Positions 24,401 through 38,017 are shown, counted from the whole stretch's first letter. The stretch: DNA of 53,815 bases, filler included, from Catajapyx aquilonaris (GCA_000934665.2; 3 parts of 3 records of this genome joined end to end with filler, not necessarily neighbours in it), one strand, 5' to 3'. Notes: generated by a model not told the origin, from the letters alone. A program made the numbers and translations.

Positions 24401-27400
24401 GAAATGGAAATCGCATGTGGATCTTTACATCAAGCCTTTGCGGGTTTCTCATGATCAGCGTGACAGAACCAAGTGTATTAGTTGGCGCTCCTTCCGCGTG
24501 CTGCGACCACCTACTTCGTGTTGATTATCTTATGCCCCAATGGCGTCTCTTACTACCTGATATGAGTTAGATGCCAGACCAAAGACGCCTGTCCATTTCC
24601 CTCGCCCACTTAATTACATGCTGCAGCCACCTCGGATTGACATATCGCCCCCATAGACATGCACTTTACATTAGGCCACGTTGGCACAAGTCTATGGAAA
24701 CTGGATTCGTGTGAACTCGTGTGGTCAATATCCCCGAGGGGGTGCTTGCTTTTTTGTGTCTAACTTTAGGACATGTTAATTTAGGGTCATTATTTTTTTA
24801 AGTGTATGGGGTACTGATTGCGGGCAGTATGTAAGTTATTTAAATAGATACAAGGCGAGGTACACTGGCATTTGGAACAATATAGCTTGGGGGAACTCCA
24901 CCCCCTGATCAAGTTTCTTACGGTGTTCTGTACAAACACCATTATTTCATGCAAATGATCCGGCGTATCAATAGTTGGAGTCCTGACTTTTTTTAGAGTA
25001 CGAAAACAATTACCCAGTCGCATTCTTTAGAAAGGAGTCTGGGAGGAAAAAAAGCGTGACCACCACTTTGAAGGTTCCTCACGACAGTTATTACAGCATT
25101 CGTTTAGACTTCTATCACGTTTCCAAATGACTCTCTCTCTCTCTCTCTCCAACTCCCGACTCACCAATATTCTCTCCTTCATCACCTCTTGTCCTCGCCT
25201 CTCTTTCGTAACTCATGCATTGTAGTGTCGGCGCCGAGTTGATTCAACTGCCATTACTAATAGTGGCACAAGCAGAAGCACTCCAGTGTAATAAAGTACT
25301 TCAGAGTCAAAGATCATGCTATTTTTTAACGTTACGAAATTTATGCATCGTTTAACCTATCACAGTGTAATCTACAAATGGTGTCGCTCCGATGATAACC
25401 ATTTGTCTAACTTCAACATCAAATCTCTTTTGTTTGATAACAATGCACAACAATGACAATAATGGTCAGGATGTGACAATAATGACGATGTCCGATGATA
25501 GGCGCGGTATAGGTACTGTTAGCCAATATTGTTCAAAGCTATGGACGTAAGTAATCACTAATCAGTGACAATCAATTCGGATGGCGGTCATGTATATAAT
25601 ACGTCCTTGTGAAATGACAATCAGTAAGTCACTGTCACACTTTTTCTTGCTTTCATTTTTTAATTACTTACACGCCTGGGCTTTCAGAACTGAATGTAAC
25701 TTCATATAGGAGTCAAAATTTCCGCTTTGATAAACCCCCTTACGATAAATATACACATTCGATACAACTTCTTTCTTGCAAAACATTGTAAGTTCAGATC
25801 AATTAGAGTATATAAGAATAAGCGCAATGTTTACTCGCACAACCTTGAATTGTATGTCAGAGCAAAAATATGGCTACTGACACCACAACAGAAGCTCGTG
25901 ATTTAGGAACCAATAAACAATCCCCCCTCTTGTCCACGATATCCAAACATGGACCTACATTTCAATTAGCATTGTAAATGGCCGGAAAAGAATGTGTTTA
26001 TTATCTGTACTTGTCACCTTCGCTGTAAGTCAGGGACCTTTGTTACAATGCAATAATTATAGGTGCAGGTAATTGTGGACATTGTTTTTTTTTTACAATG
26101 TTCCAATTACTTCTATAGGTCCTTTGAATATTGAGCACCATTTCATCATATTTCGACATTCAGTGTTGTCTTATCCAGAACTGCGATTATCGAATTTCAC
26201 GTGCACTTTCTATATAGCAAACCGCGAGTGACGCAGCGGATCCTTCACCTTGTCAACAAAGCGAAGAGCAAAGCGGTATATTATAAACAGCCATTCCGTG
26301 TCTTGGATGCAACAACCATGTGGGTCTCGTGATGTTCGTGGCAGTAGTTTAGACTTCCGTCCCTCTGCGGCCCCTTTACCGGATTCTGCGGAGACCGCGA
26401 AGAAAATAAAGCCTCTCGAGTTGTTGCAGATATAAGGTTCCACTTGGTAGCCTGGGTGACCTCTATCCATGTGTCCCCTCCGGCATGCCAAATTGTTTCC
26501 AGAGTCTATTTTAGACCCTGTTTTTCTCGTATCATCTCTACAAAAGCAAGGTGTCCGCTAACAATCAGGAGGAAGTAAACACCCCAGAAGCCACGTCAAG
26601 TTTCGCCGATTTAAGAAAATAGCCCCTTGCTGTACAGAGTGAGTCAGAATCTTCTATAAATTTGGTTACGTCTTGATAAAATGGCCAGCAATGTGTCAAC
26701 AACCTGGATACAACCCCAGTAGTAGCCGTAAGCGTATATGATAATACGGGAGAGTAAATCTGTAGGCGGGCATCTGTCAGCGCTTTTTTCCATTCTCCCC
26801 AAATAGGGCAGAAAAAAAGGTGTCAGTCAAGGTTGCATAATGGCTTGTATCAGTAGACGCTAGTCTTTGCTCTCTGCCATTCTTTTTCAAGAATGGTAAC
26901 GGAGAGAATGAACTTGTTGGTATTCAAGACAGGAATGCTATTTAATCACGACGTGTGACAGCCCTCCAAACACTGGAGAGACGAGAAAAAGAGGGGCTTT
27001 ATCTCATAGGTGTATAATTAACGCATCACTCTTCTGATTGGCAATTTTTTTTAACCAACTTCTATTATCCACATGTTGGGAAGAAAGTACAACGTAAATC
27101 CTTGGCAAATCTGCACACAAACATTAGCCACGCTTTATTAATTCAGAAAATCAACTCGTGTGTGGGAAGCGGTTTTGTGGTGCTTGGAAACCCCCAAAAA
27201 GTTTTATGTGAATCTCCCAGAAGATTGCGAAGATTTGGCGAAAACATTTGTTATCACCTCTTCATCATCCGTTCTTCCTTCATTCACGTTTTCAGCCACT
27301 TCCTTTCGTGGCATCAATTAATTACAATGCATGCCGCCCTCTGAAAACAGAGTAAGCTACATTTTTTTGTGGCTGAATTGTCATTTTTTTGCACATCTAG

Positions 27401-29520
27401 TGGTGAGCTGATCGTGTTAGCATGCAACAATTATCGCAGGTGAAGGATCCTTTGACCGTAATTATTTTCCATTTTTCCCTGCCTTTTCAGCACGCTTCAG
27501 CCTCGTTTCCCCTTCTCTCTCATAAGGTGCCTGACAGGTTAGGCGGACTCTTCACCTCTGCAACCTCAGCTTGCCTTTTAGGCGGTTCCAGTAGGATGTT
27601 GCCTTAATGTGAGAATGAAGGGAGGTTATGCCGGGACTGCCAATAGTTAATCTGAATAGACACGCAACACTTTTATTCGTGATGGCAGGAAGTTGGCAAA
27701 TTTGGGCAAATTTTAATGATGAACGTCTACGTCCTTGACATTGGGATTTGTGCAGTGCATCGTCACAATTCTACAATTTTTTTTTACAAATGTGCAATTT
27801 CCCACATAGAGTCAAACATGCAGACTAAGATAGTCGTTCTGTCTCTGGGAACAGCTGGGGCATCAATATAAAGTAGCAGCTGCCACTCTGCTTTTGCATA
27901 AAGTGGCGCCAGCAAAAGTCACAGACTTTTTCCACACGTCCTCCTTACAGAATTCATCATCCCTCACGCTATAATGTAATGGCTAGTTTTCTGCTGCCAT
28001 ATAATTTGACAATGTCGGTCTTGAATAATATATGAAGTTTTATCTTCGTTTTATTTCGACGACCTTACTTTGAAGCACCCACTTTGAAGTCCCATAAGGC
28101 ATGTGCCATTTAACCAAAATGTGACTGCAGCATATGCATTCAGATGCGTGACCATATCAGCTGCAATTTTTAGCTATCACATTCATTTTCTGAACATATA
28201 GGCTCTATGTATTTTTTTCAGTAAATATGACCCATTAGTAAGTGCAGTTGACTATTATACTCCGAGAGAGGCGTAGACGCTTGGTGATTTGACCCTCAAT
28301 AAAACCTCTCACATGAGTGCCCTTCTCGCGGGACGGTCCCGAAAGTGAAATATGAGTAGGAGCGAGTCCGTCATAAATTAGGCAATAACTGAACACGGGA
28401 TCCCTCTAATAGGCCTCACCATCAAGCCAGAAAAGAAGCCGCCCCGGATAAGACCCAAGGAGGGCCTGTAACAAAAAAAAATTACGCCAAACCCTATAAA
28501 TCCAAGTAGCGGATGTTTTTTGACATCCGATACGTGACAGAATGTCGGTTCACTCAACACAAAATATGCTATTGTATGATGTTGAGCTATTTAAATCATA
28601 TGGTGATATCATATGTGAGGAGAGAATTAAACGTCAGCTAGGTCATCAAAAAAGGTAACTTGATTGCTTTGCCGAAAGGATGAAGTGGGCGTCAAACCTG
28701 GATCATTGGTTGGAAGGATTTTCCAACCTGTAGTCCAGAGAGATATGGGAGACTGTAAATCCTGATATTGCGTAGGGCTGCAGGTTGGAAGTGCCTGGAT
28801 CGTGCTACCGACCAACATGCACATACTCGGAAAGAAGTTGATCAGGAAAGAAGAAAAAAAAACTGGTGATAAAAAATGAAACAAGACCTGCCAAGGAGGA
28901 TCCTCTATCACGCCCATCATTATCGGCACAATAATAATATGGTTCTTGGCCCAAGGCAAGCCACAGAAATGCGATCTGGTTGGTGGTGTTTATCGCTGAC
29001 CAATGTTTGATCTAATCCGATCACCGATCCGATCACCATGAAGGAGAAATTTGAACGTGCTTCGGGGTAGAAATGCGCAACTTGCTATTTTATGTTCTTG
29101 TTGGATTTGGGAACGTTTCAAGTATTTGGTAGAATGGGATAGCGGATTTCCGTTTGAAAGAATGTGTCTGTAAACATGCCGATGGTGCGCGGTTTGTGTT
29201 TGTCATTACAGTGTTGTATTGCACGTGTCACTGAAATGGCGTACAAAAGATATATTGTATCGGGGCTCTCGAGCATTAACCAGATAACTGTGCCATAATC
29301 ATAGGCCCTGAAATTCGGAATTTGTGCCGTAATTTAATTATAACGTTGAAACCGATGCACATTAAAAAGTTTGCAGTGATCCCATGTATGGTTCCAATTT
29401 ATTTCCATTATTGCGCAATTTTCTAAAGTAAAAATATGAGTTTGTTTCCTTATCAAGGCAGACATTTAATGATTTAAATTTTAAATCCCCCAGGCCCAAG
29501 GAGGCCTATCACTGGGTATC

Positions 29521-29599
<79 letters not shown>

Positions 29600-32500
29600 T
29601 TAAATCTCTAATGTAAAAATTATTGCCGTAATTGTACCGGCGAAAACAATTGAGCTTTCCAGCCTAAACTAATCAGGATGTGCAAATGGAAGCAGCACAT
29701 AATAAATCAAAACACAATATGAAGATAATTTCTCACATCAGTGTTCACATGTGTGCTTGAACTTGTAATATTCTGCTTTATTATTTAATCAGGGAGCAGG
29801 TGAATGAAAAGCATTGCGTGCACAATTTGATTGGATTCTCTACCAGCATATACAGTAAGTTATATAAAAATTTAAAATCATCACACTGCAAGGTTAAGTT
29901 ATGCCTGGTGCAATAATTGTTTATCAGCCACATAAAAACCCGAGTGAATTTTTCTCTCTTAAAATAATTATGAAGTGTAAATTATTTTTTTTCTGCGGAC
30001 CAGACCACACAAGTTGACATAAAAGGCAAAGCTCTGATTTGGAATTGTGGATGAAAAAAGGCAGATTTGAAGGGTTGAGAGATGAATAGGAACAAGTATA
30101 TAAAAAAGGAAGGTGGATGCCCTCTTTACGGCACCTTGATGCAAATGAATCTAGTTAGTAGATCTTGCGTATTTCAAATGCCTCCGAAGCTGTTTGCGAA
30201 CACCTCCCAAAAAACCTCCATATCAGACGACCGCAACAAAGAGGTGCATAACCAAATTGACAAATTAGAACAGCAATTACCTGGACAAAAATGTCCATTT
30301 ACGTACGATCAAGCTGGGAAAATGAGTTGCGCTCTTTCCATTCTGACAACGAATCTATGTCCTCCAATTAAGTGGGGGGAAATAAGACCACGCAGTTTTT
30401 TTCCACATTACTCAGACTCATCCTGTGATGGCTTTACCTTGTTCCGACTCTGCTTTCCCGTTCATCAGGTATCAAAATCGCAGTTTCAATCGCGGTTTTT
30501 TTTTTCTATACTCTTATTCCGACGGCGGCCGCCAAACACCTCGTTGACTGATTGCTCCGTCGGCAAGTCCCACATCATACAAGACTCGTCTGAAAGCTTA
30601 ATGAAACAAAATGACAGCCGAGATTAAGTCATTATCAAGCGCGATGATTATGCGATGACATTATTGGCAAACAAGGCTGGGCCCTGCCCATTATCACAGC
30701 AGCCCGCAATTGAGACGTTCAACTTCCTGGAGAGGAAAACTAGACTCAGTTTTACATGCATATCTCCATGTTTCAGTGACGCTTATCAGGTGCGGATTCA
30801 CACCATTAAAATCCGCAACCATGCGAGTTATCGTCCAATTAAATATTGGGTCGCATAAATTAATCCCACACTCCAGAGAGTAACTGTTTGGACCAGCGCA
30901 CCACATAGCATTGGATATTGTTTTTAGCAAAATTTAGGTGGCCTCAGGAAATGAAACCAAAATCCGGCCGGTCCACCCCCTGTACCACGTGGAAAGTCCG
31001 GAAAAACCGGAGAGCTTGTTTTTGTTCACGGGACCCGGTAATCGAACCAATCAGTAATAATTTAATATTATTACAGGTGTGTGGAGGGGAAAATAATGGC
31101 TTGCGTCGCGTCGTGAATTTGATGAAACAAACTGAAAGCGGATACTTTTGTATGTAAATGGTGGCATGTTGAGTGAACGAGAGAGCAGGATCTGATGGAA
31201 TCTAACCCCCTTATAACTTGTCGATGGCGGGGAATCGAAACCGAACTGGTTCATTTGAGAGGCAATCCCTTTCACCCAACCCCCCCTACTGTCCATTAAC
31301 AAAAGCTGTGAATGGTCCAAACACAGTTTTTTACAGATTTACATTGATCTCTGCGGTATCGGAATTCAGAGTACAATGCAGACGAAACTATCACGTTCGC
31401 TGCATGGCAGTGACAGTCACGGCATTGTTTCGCGGGCTTACATATGATCATACTAGGCGATAGAACAAAAATAGAAAGCATATTGATCAGAAAGAATGCA
31501 ATGGTATTTATCCTGTACAATATTGATGTGCGCCACACGCACGACCTGTATCTTCAAAAATTGTCAGGGTACAAAAAAAAAACGTGTTAAACATGTGCCC
31601 TGTCAGTATCTGCAAAAGCAATTACTTTTTCCGCCCAATTTAGTCCCATCCGATATACTCACAGCCAACGGATACCATGTGCCGGATATCCAACCAGCAC
31701 CAGCAGCACCAGCACCAGTACTTTCTCCGCCATTATCAAACCAATCAGACTTTGGCTACACGAAACAATCCTCCATGTCGCGCACCACAATCACTTAGGC
31801 AACTCTTCCGACATAGTTGCGGTTCATCAAGAGGTGGTCCTCATTGCACTCACGCACTACGCATCCCACACGTGCCGGTGTTGGTGTGGGCCACGACGTA
31901 TGGTGTCTCGTAGCATTGGGGCAAGTGGGGCAACCGAGGGGGCAGACTGGCCTCTTCTATACTTCCCCCGGGCCGTAAAAGCGCGCGCCGCCGTTTGTTA
32001 GCCCCTCCTCCGGCTTCACCACCACCACTACCACCATGTCTTTTTCGCTTTATTCTTCACCGGGGCTGGGGTTGCCCCCGGGGCGGAATTTGACATTGCG
32101 GGAATTGAAAAGTTAAAAAGGTATCGGGCCAATCGGATGGCTTGGTTGGACTCACGTGGGGGTAGACCGACTTTGACCTCAGTTCGAGTTTCACTGCTTT
32201 GTTTTGCTGCGTTTTTGTTGTGGGGACATCCAGTGCAGGTGCTGGACTCTTGTTTTTTTTTAATTACTGGGGGGTTGAACTCTAGAGTATTTCCGTTCGG
32301 TACATATTGGCACATATTCGGCAACGAAGACCTAATGACACCTCTACATAAACTGATCCATTGGTGCCCAGAAGTTCACTCTCAAAGTTTGGCTGTCTAA
32401 TTACGAAACACCCTGTGCGTAATATGAGCATTCTTGTGGTTGCCTAGAATTATTTTTGGCGTCGTTTGCACGTGAATGAGCTGGACCCCCTCATTCTTTT

Positions 32501-35250
32501 CTTGTACTCAGGGTCGTACCAGGGAGGAATTACAGGTATTAGTAACCCCCTATATTTTCGGAGAAAAAAATGACGTACCAAAGTCTTCATGACCACCCTG
32601 ATGTACCATACATTTTTTTCACATAAATACAAGGTAGCGGATTAAGAAGGGTTAAGTACCTCCCTAAATTGATATCCATATTGTATCATTAGTCAACCAA
32701 AGAATAGAGGTGACGTCAAAGGCACTTGAATGTTTGTTCCAGTGTTGACGCTCTTGTGACGTCAGTACCATTCTCTGATTGAATCAGCTTCACAGCAGTA
32801 GTTATCTTCATCAAAATATTTAGGGTGTACGACTGTACTATGAGATAATAAGCGCTGTAAAGGGCGGTTTGTTTTGATGCTAACACTGACCCGAATACTG
32901 GACAGCAACTTTGCGGGGTTTTGATACACCTTGTTTGCAAAGGTTTTGAGTTTCGACCTTCTCCCACGGCCTTCCAGCTCTCATATTGTGCTACAAACTA
33001 ACACTACTTTGAATATACTGTCCTAAAGTGCCAGAATTATGGAAAAAAGTATGGAAAATAATAGTCGAATTGTGCAGTAACTTACATGTGGGTTGGATTA
33101 TACGTGAGCTGCATTTGGAATTAATCTGACCTAAAGTGTATGCATAAAAATGCTGCGTGAAGTACAAAAGTAGGGAATTTTTACGACCGCCCCCACTTGC
33201 ACATTCACTTTTTGTCACTTTGAGAAAGGAACTAACAAGTTACCACCCTCTCAACCTTCACCTTAGGAGTCTGGGTATTCACATTATGTTTAATTTACAC
33301 AATATGAACTACGTTCTTTGCTGATCAAATGTAATGTTCAACAGATTTACTTCCGTTTATTTACTAATTGCATACTCAATTTTCCAAAAAGCTACTTCAA
33401 AATCACTCTAATAACATGATGCAGTTTTCTGGACATTCCCACACCAGCAATTAATATTCCACACATCATAATTATATTTTTCTAAAATTTCTTGTGGTGT
33501 ACTGACCGCCTCCTTTTGGTCCCAACTTAATTAGTACGTACACAATGCGTGCAAAGCCCACAAACACTCCGTGTATAGCAATGGGCTTTGCAATACTCGG
33601 CCTAAATGATAGCGGAAAAAATCCGGTAATGAGGTAAAGAAAGTCGTGGGTTTTCACCTTGAAAGCGCCCCTTTTGCCCACAAAGAAAAGGGTCTCGATG
33701 ACAGGTATCCTCGGCGGCATGGATTGGAAGCGGTTTTCTCTTCAAAAAGGACGGAATTTTTCAGGCTTGCGGGCAGCGGCTACTATAACTCCTCAAAGTG
33801 GGATTATACAGAAGGACCGAGAACGGTAACCCTCACCGGGATCATTCTCTTCCTTTCAATACCACTCACTGACCAAAAGGGACACGAAGGTGTGTGTCAC
33901 GGTTCCTCAGGTTATCGCCCACTTCAAATGACCCCGCGACTACATTTTTTTGAGGGGCAATAGTGTCACTTTCTATGGCGTGTGTGTTATCATATGTTTG
34001 AATCAAAATGCATATATTGTGCAAATATCTGTGACGCGTTTTGCGTTGGCGTTACAGTTCACGAATTACAGGTATGCTGATTTTTTTGGGTGCTGACTTA
34101 CGATCTTCAGGGCGTAATTAATCACTGTGTGAATCAGGTTTGATATGATCATTGGAACCTGGAGGATTAGGCAGGATTTGAAATCACTTATTCGAATCCG
34201 CTAAACTTGAGGGGGTCTGGCGGCAACCCTTTTTCACTGCACAAAAAAAAACATGTACTCTGAAAATATTTGCGAAAAATTTATGAGAGAAGCCGCCAGA
34301 GAAGACCTTTGCCACAGTATCCTTTTTTTTAAAAAAAAGTTGGCGGAGGAGTAATTCGTTCCGTCGTTAAGCACTGACTTAATTACCCTAGCTCTGGAAA
34401 AGTGTCGAGATTCATGCAAGTCCAGAGCAAATAAGTCCGTCACGCAGCATAAATCTTGCCCTATCTCGACTTGAATGGCCACGACAGCAAGACTTTAAAA
34501 ACCCGACTACACCTTGCAGGAGATTCCTTATTGGCAGCTCAAGAGGGCCACACACACACGCAAGCCGACAATTGTTTCTGCAAAAAATAAAGTACGGAGG
34601 AAGGACTTAACACTGAAAAATTATGAAAGAGGAAGTCATGGTTACTCTCGCTGCCAAACTGATTTATAAAGGTTGCCATTGCAATCATAAAAAATAGGGG
34701 GGAAATGGCCTTTTTACACGTTTTGTTGTGATTGTGAAATACGGGAGAGGCGGGTGATTGTAATGCAATTTATGCTTCAAAACCCTGTTTTTCTCAGCAG
34801 TTATGCTGCTCCTTATTTTTTTTTGCGGAAGGAGCACAAAATGTTGTACTGTATCAGATGAATTACAGCACGGCTTTTCCTTACTTGTTAAGTCATAAAA
34901 CGTCTAGATTATTTGGATATCGGAGGGGAAAATTGTGGTCCGAGTGGATGTTTCTCTCCAGTGGTATTTGAACGCGATGGTTTAATTCATGTTGGGAAAG
35001 GGCGGATAAGACATGTGCAAAATTTCTTTGCACGGCAGGGCATCCCCTTTTGCTATAGCCCAGACCAAATGCCTCGTACATTTCCCCTCATATTTACACC
35101 CCTCCTTTTGTATGCTCCTACGCAAAATGGGTTCTTAATCCGCCAAGATTACAGGAAATCCCCACTGAGTTGCTCTTGTCCACACCCTTCCGCAAATTCC
35201 AACCAATCATATGAGGAGTGAACTTGGGTTGAAAAAATACCAACTGAAAA
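18500..35250. other. Repeat-poor region of decayed, intronless, protein-like reading frames of unknown identity
   Basis: Frames broken by scattered stops and frameshifts at ~18540-21390, 23190-23660, 24350-24740, 28500-28980, 33600-33960, 34250-34620 and 34900-35220, separated by AT-rich spacers. No family recognised. Confidence 0.35.
29488..29596 (+). mobile_element. Extremely 5'-truncated retroposon 3' end with an (ATT)n tail
   Basis: 10-bp TSD ATTTTAAATC (29478-29487, 29597-29606). GGCCTATCACTGGGTAT resembles the 3' end of SINE family B (GCCCTATCACAGGGTAT at ~50579). Confidence 0.65.
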
Positions 35251-35852
35251 TATATGGGGGCTATTTTACGATTCTCCTCCCACCATTCGCAAAGAATGCC
35301 GAGTTACGTTCAAATAATATGTATAATGCCGTCCCTTGAACCATGCTAACACTAAAATATGTATTTCGTAAACAACTGGTTATGACTTCCAATATCTGTC
35401 ATGAAAAAATGTACAGGTCTATTGTACAGTTCACTGGAGGCCACTGACATGCCCAGAATAATGGAGGGCAAAGTACACGGTGTCTGACCATAACAGGAAG
35501 TGTGTAATATAATCAGAAATTGTAGGCAATATTTTTATCAACTATAAACATTCAGAACCCCCCTGGTCAGAAGTCATAATTTTTCCTGCTAATTTGCCTA
35601 TTGCTAATAATTTTTCATCTCCAACTGACTGCTTGGCAAACAATTTGACTGAATTTGTCGCAATCAGCCACCAACTTTCATGTCAGGTTTTAGTGGTTAG
35701 AATAATACTAACCTCCTCTCTCCCATCAACTGTCCTCCGGCCATCGTGTCTATATAAAAAAGTGGTCTGGTGTTGACGTCAGTTGAAAGATTCGAGAAAC
35801 TGCAAAATAGCTTGAAGGTGCGGACCAGTCGCAATTGATATATTCCTCTTCT

Positions 35853-35952
35853 NNNNNNNNNNNNNNNNNNNNNNNNNNNNNNNNNNNNNNNNNNNNTTAA
35901 TTAATTAANNNNNNNNNNNNNNNNNNNNNNNNNNNNNNNNNNNNNNNNNNNN
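35853..35952. other. Artificial scaffold spacer N44-TTAATTAATTAA-N44
   Basis: Same structure as 17894-17993. Confidence 0.95.
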
Positions 35953-35970
35953 TATATATATATATATATA

Positions 35971-36100
35971 TTACCCATTGGGCCCTTTTAGGGGGGAAGA
36001 GAGATTCCCAAGGGAGGGCGCTCTTAAATAGTTTTTAGTCATTTCTGACCCTCTTAAATACCAGACCTTTTCTCTTGGCCCTGGGCAGAGAAGGAAGTGC
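35971..36100 (-). mobile_element. 3' fragment related to SINE family B
   Basis: GGGAGGGCGCT..ATTTCTGAC..CCAGACCTTTTCTCTTGGCCCTGGG matches ~40070-40155. Confidence 0.6.
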
Positions 36101-36240
36101 AACGAAGGAGAAGGGTCATCTTGCATGCTTTGAAGTTGAAGGCGATTACAATAATGGAGAGCCAGGACTCCAAGGCTCTCCATTATTATAATCGCCTTCG
36201 ACATCAAAGCGTGCGAGATGACCCTGCTCCTTCGCGGCAC
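36097..36240. repeat. Hairpin with 67-bp arms and a 10-nt loop
   Basis: GTGCAACGAAGGAG...ATGGAGAGCC / GGCTCTCCAT...CTCCTTCGCGGCAC. Confidence 0.85.
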
Positions 36241-37055
36241 CGAAGAGAGCTACAGACGCGGTGAAAGGTGACCGCGACCGGGCAGCCAGGACCGGCGACT
36301 CGTGACCAGATGCAGGTGTTGTGGCTTCGGAACATCGCCTTTAGGCTGTATTTTCACCCTGCTAACGTGGAATTTAGCAGCGGAGGTGATGTTTTCTCAA
36401 CACTATAGGCCAAGCAGAATTTAAAAATCCAAAATTTTCAACATTCAGGAGGGTAAGAAGAGTTACTTTGGTTGTGAGAAGAATCACTACCAAAACGTGA
36501 AGTCTCGGAAATAACATTATTTGCTACATTGCATTGAATAAATGATCATATTTCTGTTGTATTTGCCCTTTTTGTCACATTCAGAACTTTTTTGTTGGGT
36601 TTTTTTCTTTTCATGTCCAAGATGTCAAGCGAATAACCAATACAGGAGTTGTTTAAAATCTTGTATTTTGGGATCTGTTTATTATTTTGACCTTTTCTCC
36701 TAGTTAACCCTTACAATCATGAACAGTCATTTTGTAGTCTGTAATGGATGGTCATCCGTAAGTGCCACACAAATACCCATATTCACATGATAATAATGTT
36801 AGTGTGAGATTCTGGCACTTACCGCCTTAATGAGGAAAGGCCCCAATGGCACATACCACTTTCTTGTTTCATCACATTTGGCCTTAAATTTTTATTATAA
36901 AGCGGTGGTATATGTTCACTACTATTGCATCTGCCAAGTGCATAGAATTACGGATAGGACGCACAAAAATATATTTTTCTCAGCTTAAAAAATGTGGCAC
37001 TTACCCCCTTTATCATTTACACTCGTCACATATCAGACTACCAATGTACTCTTAA

Positions 37056-37737
37056 CCCCTTCGGTAGCAGATCTAGGTGATGAGATTCGCTTCTGTTCAT
37101 CTTGTGCATACTCTGAAGATAAGGGCAAGATATTTTACAAAAAATAACAGCTATACTTACACATTCATGCTGTATACACTATGAATATGCTTGGAACAAT
37201 TTTCTACTTCTAGAACTCGCAAAATTAATTTCCAAAAAGATGGCCGTAACAAATCGAAATTAAATTACTACAGGCCAACTGTTAGGCTGATTTAATTATG
37301 AAAGAAGTTAAAATATACAGAACAACCTTGAGAGTCATGCTCTGACGAATCTGCTGACATTGTCGTACTTTGTGATAATTAAATTAATACTTACTGCGGC
37401 TTGCCTCTCACTTCGGAAAACTCCAAAATTGATTTAATTCTCACAAGTATGATAGTTTCAGCAGATTTGTCATAGCACGATTCTCAAGGTTGTTATTCCA
37501 TATATTTTAACGTATATCATAATTAATGGCCGGCAGTAGGCTAATTTAATTTCGAGTTTTTACGGCGATTTTTTTGGAAATTAATTTTGCGACTTCTAGA
37601 AGTAGAAATGGTTCCAATCATATTCATAGTGTACTGCATAAACATGTATTATTTGTCAAATATCTTGTCCGGATCTTCAGAGTACGTGCAAGTTGAACAG
37701 AAGCGAATCTCATTGCCTAGATCTGGTCCCGAAGGGG
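37056..37737. mobile_element. piggyBac-type palindromic MITE
   Basis: TTAA|CCCCTTCGG ... CCGAAGGGG|TTAA, with imperfect inverted arms of ~300 bp. Confidence 0.88.
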
Positions 37738-37800
37738 TTAATTGCAGAACACTCTCAGTTTCGCTGCACAAAAACCCAACTTTATAACCAAGTAACTGAC

Positions 37801-38017
37801 CTTAACATAATCATTTTGTTGCTTCTCCAACTTTAGCGACTCTTCCATAGGCAGCTCTTTGATACCCATAGTAAATACTGGCTCTGCTGCGGCAGTCCCT
37901 TCCCATTCTGGAGATGCGTTTTTCTTTTTCCCTGGAGAACCCATCTTGGAGTGGCTATGAGCGACATGGGCAGCAAGTTCAGGAGGAGGTGGAGGTATCG
38001 TTGTGGAGCGAAGAGAT
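37801..38017 (-). CDS. POLR2M: Gdown1/GRINL1A internal exon (start of the C-terminal conserved region)
   Basis: Acceptor ttggcAG, donor GTcagt, 217 nt open. Reads SLRSTTIPPPPPE...WEGTAAAEPVFTMGIKELPMEESLKLEKQQNDYVK, which resembles Gdown1 QLLSIEESLALQKQQ. Confidence 0.75.

Noticed and set aside
30082..30627. 181-aa ORF as an intact gene
   Set aside because: No recognisable domain and it crosses homopolymer runs. It is treated only as part of the decayed region.
32500..32656. piggyBac-like right end (AAGGG-TTAA)
   Set aside because: No matching left end was found in the scaffold.
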